This document shows positions 9,997 to 18,517 of a DNA stretch of 40,679 nt, one piece after another (the first letter of the stretch is position 1; each line of letters starts with the position of its first letter). Where the stretch lies: positions 1 to 40,679 of the forward strand of contig JAYEHI010000050.1 in assembly GCA_034659455.1 (NCBI GenBank), read 5' to 3'. The notes below the pieces were generated by a model. It saw only the letters and a program-made list of their open reading frames with translations, ran no database searches and was not told the origin of the DNA. A program made the translations under genes and the position numbers. This stretch comes from Campylobacterota bacterium (GTDB lineage: Bacteria > Campylobacterota > Campylobacteria > Campylobacterales > Sulfurimonadaceae).

Positions 9997-10227
9997 TTAC
10001 TTACCTAGGAGTTTACTAAGGGAGTCTATTACATTTTCATCAACACTAGCCACAGCAGCGATATTTCTCTCTTTTACTTCCTGTATGAGTTCATCTCTAA
10101 TGATTGAAACCTCTCTTGGAGCATCTATGCCTAGTTTTACTACTCCATTTTCTATGGAGACTACTTTTACAACTATGTCGTCGCCTATCACTATAGACTC
10201 GTCTAGTTTTCTTGCTAATACTAACAT
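9997..10227 (-). CDS. csrA: Carbon storage regulator CsrA
   Basis: MLVLARKLDESIVIGDDI...VKLGIDAPREVSIIRDEL; extended C-terminus as in FliW-regulated CsrA. Confidence 0.98.
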   Translation of the reverse strand: MLVLARKLDESIVIGDDIVVKVVSIENGVVKLGIDAPREVSIIRDELIQEVKERNIAAVASVDENVIDSLSKLLGK

Positions 10228-11042
10228 TCGATTCTCCCTAGTTCGTATTTTACTGTATCGTCTTTAATGGTAATTATTGAAATACTTTTGCCATTGTCCA
10301 ACCAGTAACTACCTTCAGTCTGTACTTTAAAATCTTCTAAAGCAAGAACTCTTCCATAAGTGATATTCTCATAATCACCCAAATAGTGGTTTTGCTCAAT
10401 ATTGAGAGATTTTTTGATATCTAAGGCTTTTTCATCCTCATAAAAAAACATTCCCTCATTAAGTCTCTCTAGCATACTGAGACTTCCATATTTCAACCCA
10501 AGTCTATTAGCTATCATAAGTCCAAGTGAGCGAATATAGGTCCCTTCACTTACCTTAGCTTCAAACGTCACAAAAGGATGACAGTAGTGAATAAGCTTCA
10601 TCTCATAAATAGTAGAGTTTATCTTGTTAAGTGTAAATGCCACACCAGCACGTGCTAAATCATAAGCACGTTGTCCATTGATGCGCTTTGCACTAAAAAT
10701 AGGCGGTTCATACTCAAGTTCACCCTGAAGAGATTTTATAACTTTTAAAACTTCCTCTTCTTTGAACTCTTTTAAAATCTCAACGTTCTCTATCATTTCA
10801 CTATCTAGGGAGTCACTCTTTGCCCCTAACCAGAGTGTCGCTCTATAAACCTTTGGCGTTTTGTTTAAAAAACGAAAGAGTTTCGTGTAGGTTCCAAAAC
10901 CTATAAGTAAGACCCCTTTTGCAAAAGGATCCAGTGTTCCTGAGAAACCTGCTTTTTTGTCATTGTACTTTCTTTTCAGAGTGTAAAGAAACTTATTAGA
11001 ACCTATTCCAGTTGGCTTATAAGCTACAAATAGTCTATTCAC
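10221..11042 (-). CDS. truB: tRNA pseudouridine(55) synthase
   Basis: GFSGTLDPFAKG, PPIFSAKRING, GTYIRSL. Confidence 0.97.
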   Translation of the reverse strand: MNRLFVAYKPTGIGSNKFLYTLKRKYNDKKAGFSGTLDPFAKGVLLIGFGTYTKLFRFLNKTPKVYRATLWLGAKSDSLDSEMIENVEILKEFKEEEVLKVIKSLQGELEYEPPIFSAKRINGQRAYDLARAGVAFTLNKINSTIYEMKLIHYCHPFVTFEAKVSEGTYIRSLGLMIANRLGLKYGSLSMLERLNEGMFFYEDEKALDIKKSLNIEQNHYLGDYENITYGRVLALEDFKVQTEGSYWLDNGKSISIITIKDDTVKYELGRIEC

Positions 11043-11047
11043 TACTT

Positions 11048-13096
11048 TTAAAGTCTCTCTACAAATGAAGCTAAAATCTCACGAGTATTTCCAGCAAAGT
11101 TTATACTTAACTTGAACTCACGACCAGCTTTACTAACGCCATTGATTCGTCCCGTTCCAAAAATCTTATGACGAACTAAATCACCCTTTTTAAATGCAGT
11201 GTTTTTTTCAACTATGAGTGAACCCTCACAAAGACCTGCCTCATTAAAAAACCTACTCTTTACAAGATCACTTCTCCTACCTTTATAAAAACGACTTCCA
11301 GCATGAGAGAGAACAAGACCATCTTTTGCTCTAGTCATAGAGACATAGCCTAAACGCCGCTCCTCTTCTAGGTCGCTTCCATCTCCAACAAGAGGTAAAA
11401 ATCCCTCTTCAAGCCCAATGATAAAGACATGCTCGAACTCTAAGCCTTTAGAAGCATGAATACTCATCATATAGATCGCTTCACCCTCGACTTGATCTTG
11501 TTCACTCTGAAGAGTGAGCTCATTTAAAAACTCATCTAAAGAACTCTCTGGAGATTTTTTTACAAAATCACGAAAGAGTCCATAAAACTCATCCATATTT
11601 CGTACTCTCTCAGACTCGTCTTGCATCCCTTTATAGATATCTTTAAGATGAAAAGTCTCTTCTAGGACATCTATAAACTCATATGTAGACTCTTTTGAGA
11701 CTTGAGCAATGCTCTGTATATTTTGTACAAAACCTTTAAGGGTTGCTGCATTTTTCTTTTTAACTAATGCTTCTAACGTAGCTAAATCACTACTTTTTAT
11801 ATACTCAAAAATAGAAGTCTCGTTTGAGTGAGCTGCTAGTTCTATCTTGTCTACACTCGCTTTACCGAGTCCGCGCTTAGGTTTGTTAATGATGCGTTTA
11901 AGAGAGAAGTCGTCATGGTTGTTTGTAATAACTCTGATGTAGGAGATCAAGTCCTTCACCTCTGCTCTATCGTAGAACCTCTGTCCACCAACGAGCTTGT
12001 AACCTATGCCTACACGGTTTAGCCCCTCTTCTATGGAACGAGAGAGTACATTTACGCGGTACAGCACTGCTATCTCTTTAGCCTGCACACCTGCGTCTAA
12101 GAGTTTTCTGATGTGAATCGCTATCTTTCTCGCTTCTTCATTCTCATCTAAAGAGTTCAGTACAGTGACGTCATCGCCATTCCCACGAGTCGCGATAAGC
12201 TTCTTTCCTAAACGCGAACGGTTATGTTCTATAAGTGCATTTGCTACATTGAGTATAGGTGTTTTGGAGCGATAGTTCTCTTCAAGCTTATAGATGTTCG
12301 CACCCACAAAATCTTGATCAAACTCCATAATGTTACGTATATGAGCCCCTCGCCATCCGTAAATACTCTGATCGTCATCCCCAACGACACAAATGTTAGC
12401 ATGAGTTGTACAGAGTTTTTGTATAAGCTTCAACTGCAGTTCATTGGTATCTTGATACTCATCGATCATAATATACTGATATTTTTGGGACGTCGCTTCT
12501 GCAAGTTCCTTATTTTCATTGAGGAGTTTATAAGTAAGTGCGATAAGGTCATCAAAGTCTAAAAGATTGTTCTCTAGCAAGTAGGCTTCATAAGCTCTAT
12601 AGACTTCCGCTATCTGCTTGTAGTTAAAAAGTTCTGCTTGTTTATAGGCGTCATCTGGAGTTAGAAGTGAATTTTTATAACGTGAAATTTCACTCGCTAT
12701 CAAAGGTGTAGGAATCTCTGCATTTATTTTTTTGATGATGCGTTTTTTATCATCCGTATCTATCACCACAAAGTTATTTTGGCGACCAAGAAGATGAATG
12801 TTAAACTTCAAAAATAGCAAGCCGAACTTGTGAAATGTACATAGCAGTGGAGGATAGGCAACATTTTCTATCATAGCTAATGATCTCTCTTTCATCTCTT
12901 TTGCCGCTTTATTGGTAAAAGTCAATGTAAGCGTATTGGAAGCTGGTATGCCAAGAACCTCAATCAAGTATGCTAAACGAGATACAATAGTAGTGGTCTT
13001 TCCACTACCTGCTCCGGCAAGGATTAAAACAGGTCCTTCCGTTTGCTTCACTGCACTAGATTGAGACTCGTTTAATCTATTAAATATTTTTTCCAT
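11048..13096 (-). CDS. uvrD: UvrD/PcrA/Rep-family ATP-dependent DNA helicase
   Basis: AGAGSGKT, IDEYQDTN, GDDDQSIYGWRGA, SIHASKGLEF, C-terminal Tudor-like VRHKIFG. Start moved to ATG 13096 because GTGGTG (RBS-like) precedes it. Confidence 0.93.
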   Translation of the reverse strand: MEKIFNRLNESQSSAVKQTEGPVLILAGAGSGKTTTIVSRLAYLIEVLGIPASNTLTLTFTNKAAKEMKERSLAMIENVAYPPLLCTFHKFGLLFLKFNIHLLGRQNNFVVIDTDDKKRIIKKINAEIPTPLIASEISRYKNSLLTPDDAYKQAELFNYKQIAEVYRAYEAYLLENNLLDFDDLIALTYKLLNENKELAEATSQKYQYIMIDEYQDTNELQLKLIQKLCTTHANICVVGDDDQSIYGWRGAHIRNIMEFDQDFVGANIYKLEENYRSKTPILNVANALIEHNRSRLGKKLIATRGNGDDVTVLNSLDENEEARKIAIHIRKLLDAGVQAKEIAVLYRVNVLSRSIEEGLNRVGIGYKLVGGQRFYDRAEVKDLISYIRVITNNHDDFSLKRIINKPKRGLGKASVDKIELAAHSNETSIFEYIKSSDLATLEALVKKKNAATLKGFVQNIQSIAQVSKESTYEFIDVLEETFHLKDIYKGMQDESERVRNMDEFYGLFRDFVKKSPESSLDEFLNELTLQSEQDQVEGEAIYMMSIHASKGLEFEHVFIIGLEEGFLPLVGDGSDLEEERRLGYVSMTRAKDGLVLSHAGSRFYKGRRSDLVKSRFFNEAGLCEGSLIVEKNTAFKKGDLVRHKIFGTGRINGVSKAGREFKLSINFAGNTREILASFVERL

Positions 13097-13230
13097 AATC
13101 ACCACTACTTGTAATATCAATTTGCTATATTATATATTATATCTAAATTGTGTAAATTATTACAAAACTATTGCATTAATTATAATTTATCGTTATAATT
13201 TCTTTATTATATTTACTTATAGGAATTATT

Positions 13231-14133
13231 ATGTTAAAAGATTTTGCTAAACTTCAGACATTTTTAATGGTTATAAAAGAGAAAAGTTTCTCTAAAGCAT
13301 CCGCTAAACTTGGTATCTCACAACCAGCTGTTACACAACAGATAAAATATATCGAAGACTATCTAGACACTAAAATAGTTGATAGAAAAAAGAACGGAAT
13401 AGTACTTACTAAAGAGGGTGAAGATCTTTATAGAATCGCCACTAGACTTGAAAAGTCTATCGTAAATAGCGAAAAAGAGCTACTTAAAATCATCAACAAA
13501 GAGTTTACCTTTGTAATGGGTTCCTCTTTTTCCATAGGAAACTATGTACTTCCAAACTATCTTTCAGAGATAAAACAGCGTATTGATAATGAAGTTTTTA
13601 TGAATGTTGATATGTCAGATAAAATTATCGAACAACTAGAAGATAAAAAAATTGACGTTGCGCTCATTGAGTCGCCAGTCTTTAAAGATGGCGTTATCTA
13701 TAGAGAGTGGGTTGAGGACGAACTTGTAGTATTTTCAAACCAACCTCTTAAAAAGCAGTTAAATGCCGATGATCTTCTTGACTTCAACTGGATATGTAGA
13801 AATGAAGAGTCGCACACTAGAAGACTAACAGCGGAAGTTTTTGAAGAGATAGGTGTTCAGTGTAACAACTTTAACGTTATTGGCGTCTTGGCAAGTCCCA
13901 CAGCTATCAAAGAATCTATCGTTCATGCCGATAAAACAAGTGATAGACCTCTTGTCTCTATCATCTCTCGTCATGTTATTAAGTCCGAAATTGAAAATGG
14001 AACTCTCTATGAGGCAAAACTAAAAAATCATAAGATAAATAGAAACTTTTATATAGCTTACCTTAAAGATAGAAAGCACGACGCGTTTGTAGATAACGTA
14101 GTTAACTTTCTACTTTCACTAAACAAAGTGTAA
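13231..14133 (+). CDS. LysR-family transcriptional regulator
   Basis: SFSKASAKLGISQPAVTQQIK HTH; 300 aa with substrate-binding domain; TATAAT at 13194-13199 and AGGA RBS upstream. Confidence 0.96.
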   Translation: MLKDFAKLQTFLMVIKEKSFSKASAKLGISQPAVTQQIKYIEDYLDTKIVDRKKNGIVLTKEGEDLYRIATRLEKSIVNSEKELLKIINKEFTFVMGSSFSIGNYVLPNYLSEIKQRIDNEVFMNVDMSDKIIEQLEDKKIDVALIESPVFKDGVIYREWVEDELVVFSNQPLKKQLNADDLLDFNWICRNEESHTRRLTAEVFEEIGVQCNNFNVIGVLASPTAIKESIVHADKTSDRPLVSIISRHVIKSEIENGTLYEAKLKNHKINRNFYIAYLKDRKHDAFVDNVVNFLLSLNKV

Positions 14134-14140
14134 ATAGAAG

Positions 14141-14602
14141 TTATTTTAAAAATTTAGAGTTTTCTGGATTATTTAAAAAAGACGCCATTGAGTTTTTAAC
14201 ACCTTTGTCATCTTTTATCTCTTCTCTTTTAATTTCACTCTTCTCTTTGTAGACAGAGAGGTTTATTAGCACTGGTGTTTCATCCACGATTACCTGCATG
14301 ATACTTAAAAGTGGTACCTGCACTACGCTTCCAAAGTTATCACTACCAAAGCCAGCTTCAAAGATAAGCATCTCATTTTCTATTCTTGCAGTGTCAAAAG
14401 TGTATCCCGCTAGAAAAAAAAGTGTAAGTGGTCTAAATTCTTTGCTTATCTCTTCTGGCAACACTGGATCAAAATCAATCTCTTCTATTTTACAAAGAAT
14501 TCCAAAATTCTGTTCACTCTCAAAAAAGTGAATGATCACATCCTGGATGCTTCTTTTCATTATCTGAGCAAAGCCTTTTTCATCAATTACATTCTCTAGC
14601 AA
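14141..14602 (-). CDS. Hypothetical protein, possibly SspB-like fold
   Basis: Clean ORF overlapping the upstream gene; hydrophobic pattern resembles alphaproteobacterial SspB (see findings). Confidence 0.75.
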   Translation of the reverse strand: MLENVIDEKGFAQIMKRSIQDVIIHFFESEQNFGILCKIEEIDFDPVLPEEISKEFRPLTLFFLAGYTFDTARIENEMLIFEAGFGSDNFGSVVQVPLLSIMQVIVDETPVLINLSVYKEKSEIKREEIKDDKGVKNSMASFLNNPENSKFLK

Positions 14603-15177
14603 ATTATATCCTCTATATTGTTTAGGGGTATTATATCAAAATCTATTATCGCATTCATTAGTGCCACTTTTGTAAACTCTCTTATATCGTCAACAAAAAT
14701 ATCTGCTTCAACTAATAAATCATCTTTTAGATAACGCTCTCTTGTAGTCCCATAAAGCAGAGGTCTTTTAGGTGTTAACCATCTTTTACCATCGTAAAAA
14801 GCGACATTAGCAATAGATGTATCAGTCACTAATCCACCTTTGACAATCAAAATATCATCGCAGTTACCTCTAAGTGCGAACAACTCACCAATAGCATCTC
14901 TATTCTCATACTTTTTTGGGTACTCTATATCATCACTATAGACAATTTTCAGGGTTTTTACTTGGCGTTTAGAGTAATTAAGATACTCCACATTTAAAGA
15001 CTCTTTATCATAAACTACTCTGCATCTAAACAGACCACGACTTGGTGGTTTTAAACTTTGCAAAAGTGTATGTTTTTTTGATCCCTCAAGAGTATTTTCT
15101 AGACGCCGCTGATGGTACTCAAGATTATAAACCTCTCCGTTAACCGCTTTAATCGTCTCTAAGTACTTCTTACTCAC
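14596..15177 (-). CDS. Aminotransferase class IV family protein (short PabC/ADC lyase-like)
   Basis: LETIK...HQRRL, KKYENR (PLP Lys), VTDTSIANV, LLYGTTR. Confidence 0.88.
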   Translation of the reverse strand: MSKKYLETIKAVNGEVYNLEYHQRRLENTLEGSKKHTLLQSLKPPSRGLFRCRVVYDKESLNVEYLNYSKRQVKTLKIVYSDDIEYPKKYENRDAIGELFALRGNCDDILIVKGGLVTDTSIANVAFYDGKRWLTPKRPLLYGTTRERYLKDDLLVEADIFVDDIREFTKVALMNAIIDFDIIPLNNIEDIIC

Positions 15178-16093
15178 TAAATAGTTCTGTACTTAGGTAT
15201 CTCTCACCTGTATCGCAAAGTATAGTTACTAATGTTTTACCAGCAAACTCTGGACGAGATGCGATTTGCATAGTAGCCCAAACATTTGCTCCTGCAGAGA
15301 TACCAACAAGTAGACCCTCTGTTTTTGCCAGCATCTTTGCAGTAGCCATCGCGTCTTCATTGCTTACTTTCATAACTTCACTATAAACAGATGTATCGAG
15401 GACTGCAGGGACAAACCCTGCACCAATACCCTGAATTTTATGTGGCGATGGAGCTTCTCCGGATAAAATTGCGGAAGCTTCTGGCTCAACTGCGACTATA
15501 GTAATATCTGCAATCTCTTTTTTTAAGATACGAGAAGTACCAGTAATCGTGCCACCCGTTCCAACTCCGGCAATAAATACATCAACTTGTTTTTCGGTAT
15601 CCTTAAGAATCTCCTGTGCTGTTGTCAACTCATGAATCTCAGGATTTGAAGGATTTTCAAACTGCTGAAGAACTATAGAGTTTGGAGTCTCACTTTGCAG
15701 TTCATCCGCTTTTGATATAGCTCCATTCATCCCCTTTGCTGCTGGCGTTAGAACTAGCTCTGCGCCAAGAGCTTTTAGGAGATTTCGACGCTCTATGCTC
15801 ATGGACTCGGGCATCGTTAAGATGAGTTTGATATTTTGTGCGGCACAGTTTGCAGCTAATGCAATTCCTGTATTACCACTTGTTGGCTCTATGATAGTCG
15901 TCCCTTCTTTGATAATACCAGACTCGATACCTCGTCGGATCATATTAAGCCCTATCCTATCTTTTACTGAACTTGTAGGATTCATAAATTCGCATTTACC
16001 TAAAATAGTAGCACCCGTTATCTCCGACGCTCTGTTTAGTCTCACTAGGGGTGTATTGCCTACTAGGTCTGTAATGTTATTTGCTATATTCAT
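15170..16093 (-). CDS. cysK: Cysteine synthase A (O-acetylserine sulfhydrylase)
   Basis: SSVKDRIG PLP motif, EPTSGNTG, GTGGT, HKIQGIGAG. Confidence 0.97.
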   Translation of the reverse strand: MNIANNITDLVGNTPLVRLNRASEITGATILGKCEFMNPTSSVKDRIGLNMIRRGIESGIIKEGTTIIEPTSGNTGIALAANCAAQNIKLILTMPESMSIERRNLLKALGAELVLTPAAKGMNGAISKADELQSETPNSIVLQQFENPSNPEIHELTTAQEILKDTEKQVDVFIAGVGTGGTITGTSRILKKEIADITIVAVEPEASAILSGEAPSPHKIQGIGAGFVPAVLDTSVYSEVMKVSNEDAMATAKMLAKTEGLLVGISAGANVWATMQIASRPEFAGKTLVTILCDTGERYLSTELFSE

Positions 16094-16201
16094 AATACTT
16101 ATTTCCTTTTATTGAGGTTATTTTACTATAAGTATATTAATTTCAGATATTTTTTATATTTATGTACAATTAACTCAGATTAATATTCAAAAGAGGTTTT
16201 A

Positions 16202-16459
16202 ATGGCTATATATTACAGTGATGGTAAAAAACTAATGTATGTGGAGTATGATGTGATGCCACAAATCAACGATACAGTTGATGGAATGAGAGTACTCTCG
16301 GTAAACTCTAAAGATGATGGCGAATATGCTGTTTTCCTACTTGAGCCTAATACACGAATCACCTGTTATATATTTGATGAAATATTTATAATTGGCAAAG
16401 CCGATAGCTTTGATAGCTTAAGCGATGCTATTGAGTCTTGGAAAATGGACGAAATATAG
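16202..16459 (+). CDS. Hypothetical acidic protein
   Basis: 85 aa ORF with AGAGG RBS, divergent from cysK; no motif recognised. Confidence 0.75.
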   Translation: MAIYYSDGKKLMYVEYDVMPQINDTVDGMRVLSVNSKDDGEYAVFLLEPNTRITCYIFDEIFIIGKADSFDSLSDAIESWKMDEI

Positions 16460-16468
16460 AGTAATGCA

Positions 16469-16639
16469 TCAACTATCAACAATCTGGTTTCTCCCGCTAC
16501 TCTTAGCTTTGTATAAATTTTCATTTGCAATGTAATACATCATATGTCTTCCACTAACTCTTTGTATATAGTACGTCACTAATCCCAATGAGATAGTCAA
16601 GATTGATTTTGATGTATTATGATAATAACTTAGTTTTAT
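16469..16639 (-). pseudogene. C-terminal remnant of a GGDEF (diguanylate cyclase) domain
   Basis: Manual translation: ...HNTSKSILTISLGLVTYYIQRVSGRHMMYYIANENLYKAKSSGRNQIVDS*, matching the GGDEF end pattern TxSxG...ADxALYxAKxxGRN; in-frame stop at 16640-16642 upstream. Confidence 0.8.
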
Positions 16640-16673
16640 TTATCTATATATTTATAATTGCTAAGATACATAT

Positions 16674-17252
16674 ATGAGAAAATTGACAAAAAAAGAAAAA
16701 AATACAAGAATAAAACAGCTTAATGGCTGGATATTTACAATAAATAGTCGTTTATCTAGACTTGAAAATATTTATGAATACACACAAAAAGATATTAAAG
16801 GTATCAATATAATATTAAAAGAGGAAAGAAATTCTCCATACTATTCAATTCCCGAGTTTATTGATGACTTTAAATTTGAACAAGATAAATTTACTAACAT
16901 AGAAGCTGCTGAAATTTATATTAAACAAATATCGGATTTATTTTTTCCATATAGAGATCCAGAAACATTAATCCATCATATGCCAAAAGTAAAAGATTAT
17001 TATGGAAGATATCCAAATTTATTAATAAGGAGAACAACCTTTGAGATAGAAGCAATGATTGACCACAGCTCAGAAATTAGCAAGCTTAAAAGTAAGTTAC
17101 TTAAACATAAAAAAAATTTAAAAAATTTTGAAAGTCAAGAAACATATACAACTACTCAAATTGATAAGGGAGTTAAGAAGAAAGAAGATTATCAAGAACG
17201 TATAAAAAAAACGACCTTAGAAATTACATATAGAAAATTTATATCAAAATAG
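16674..17252 (+). CDS. Hypothetical AT-rich protein; probable N-terminal fragment of a frameshifted nuclease gene
   Basis: Lys-rich helical ORF; an open frame shifted by +1 continues from 17221 to 17523. Confidence 0.6.
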   Translation: MRKLTKKEKNTRIKQLNGWIFTINSRLSRLENIYEYTQKDIKGINIILKEERNSPYYSIPEFIDDFKFEQDKFTNIEAAEIYIKQISDLFFPYRDPETLIHHMPKVKDYYGRYPNLLIRRTTFEIEAMIDHSSEISKLKSKLLKHKKNLKNFESQETYTTTQIDKGVKKKEDYQERIKKTTLEITYRKFISK

Positions 17253-17523
17253 GAAATCAAGAAAACGATTAGAAGAATTTATACGTGGAGAAAGTGAATA
17301 TGATACATATATTATAGGTTTTGAAGAATATACTAAAGAGACCATCCCCGATACAGCCCTTATTCCTTATGGGAAAAAAGAAAAAAAACGTAGAACTTGG
17401 ATACATAATAATATTACAGATATTAAAATTTTAAAGAGTAGAATAAAAAAATATAATTATGAATACAGTGAATATCTAATAGAAGCTGGTTCAGAGGGGA
17501 AAAAACAGTTAGACAATGGCTAA
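17221..17523 (+). pseudogene. Start-less open frame, middle fragment of the split gene
   Basis: 100 stop-free codons in very AT-rich DNA: KLHIENLYQNRKSRKRLEEFIRGESEY...EYLIEAGSEGKKQLDNG*. Confidence 0.65.
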
Positions 17524-17813
17524 TGAATGAAGATATTGAGTTTGAAGAACAAAAACGATTTTCCGACTGTATAGATAAATCAACATTACCATTCGATTTT
17601 TTTCTTCCTACTTGGAAAATACTAATAGAATTTGATGGTGCTCAACACTATATTCCTATTGAACTTTTTGGTGGAGAAGATGGTTTTATAGATAGGAAGC
17701 GAAAAGATTCTATAAAAACTAAGTGGGCTAAAAATAGCGAGTATAAACTTTTTAGAATTCGTTATGATGAAAATGTGGAACTAGCTTTAAAGTCTATATT
17801 TATTCAAGAATAA
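17523..17813 (+). CDS. Vsr/DUF559-like restriction-endonuclease-fold nuclease domain (C-terminal fragment)
   Basis: FEEQKRFSDC...LPFDFFLP...LIEFDGAQHY...DSIK..WA....LFRIRY; the same frame upstream reads GEKTVRQWL. Confidence 0.8.
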   Translation: MNEDIEFEEQKRFSDCIDKSTLPFDFFLPTWKILIEFDGAQHYIPIELFGGEDGFIDRKRKDSIKTKWAKNSEYKLFRIRYDENVELALKSIFIQE

Positions 17814-17909
17814 TATTAATGAGTCAAAGTTATGAAAATTCTTAATATTTTCGTATAACAAAGATATAAATAAACGTATCAAAAGAGGAGTTATTTTAAT
17901 ATTTTTAAG

Positions 17910-17993
17910 TGGTGCGCAGAGGGGGATTTGAACCCCCACACCCGAAGGCACAACGACCTCAACGTTGCGTGTCTACCGTTCCACCACCTGCGC
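17910..17993 (-). tRNA. tRNA-Leu(GAG)
   Basis: Minus strand GCGCAGGTGGTGGAACGGTAGACACG CAACG-TTGAGGT-CGTTG TGCCTTCGGGTGT GGGGGTTCAAATCCCCC TCTGCGCACCA: long variable arm, T-loop, encoded CCA. Confidence 0.98.
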
Positions 17994-18007
17994 ATTTAAA
18001 AGTGATA

Positions 18008-18038
18008 TAAAATGGTTTGGCTCAAAAGAGTCAAACCA
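18008..18038 (-). terminator. Intrinsic terminator after atpE
   Basis: Minus strand TGGTTTGACTC-TTTT-GAGCCAAACCA followed by TTTT. Confidence 0.7.
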
Positions 18039-18062
18039 GAGGTTACTTAAGAAGTCTAATGA

Positions 18063-18377
18063 CTATCCTAAGTATGGGTTAGCATAAAGAGCGATTAACG
18101 CAATAACTAGTGCGTAAATAACTTGTGCTTCGATCATTGCAAGAGCGATGAACATTGTAGTCATTAGTTTAGCACCAAGACCTGGGTTACGTGCAGTACC
18201 AGCGATAGTAGCAGCAGCAGTATGACCCATACCGATAGCTCCACCAAGAGCAGCAAGACCAAGACCAAGACCAGCAGCGATCATTGAGTATGCTTTTAGA
18301 GTTTCGTTAGCAACGTTACCCTCAGATGCGAATGCAGCAGCAGAAAATGCTACTAGTAAAAAAAGAATTTTTTTCAT
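18063..18377 (-). CDS. atpE: F0F1 ATP synthase subunit c (104 aa)
   Basis: GLGLGLAALGGAIG, ARNPG loop, MIEAQVIY essential Glu. Start moved to ATG 18377, which follows an AAGGA RBS. Confidence 0.97.
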   Translation of the reverse strand: MKKILFLLVAFSAAAFASEGNVANETLKAYSMIAAGLGLGLAALGGAIGMGHTAAATIAGTARNPGLGAKLMTTMFIALAMIEAQVIYALVIALIALYANPYLG

Positions 18378-18481
18378 TATATTGTCCTTAAAAGTATTAC
18401 AAAATCGTTCGGATAGCGTAACCTCATCTTGCAATGAAGCAACCCACACATAAATGCTAGGATTTCCCTACTAAAAATTGA

Positions 18482-18494
18482 TAGGCGAATTATA
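18482..18494 (-). promoter_or_regulatory. Putative sigma70 -10 box for atpE
   Basis: Minus strand TATAATTCGCCTA. Confidence 0.6.
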
Positions 18495-18517
18495 TGTAGT
18501 TTCTGCTAAAAAATAGA

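Noticed and set aside
17494-17506. Programmed -1 frameshift at GGGGAAAAAAC
   Set aside because: In the incoming frame (GAG GGG AAA AAA CAG) it is not a canonical X XXY YYZ heptamer, and no downstream stimulatory hairpin is evident.
16460-17909. Prophage, integrative element or IS at tRNA-Leu
   Set aside because: No integrase or transposase, and I found no duplicated tRNA 3' end or terminal repeats; only an islet can be supported.
18378-18449. 24-aa N-terminal extension of AtpE from a GTG start
   Set aside because: It falls in the structured leader; the AAGGA RBS precedes ATG 18377.
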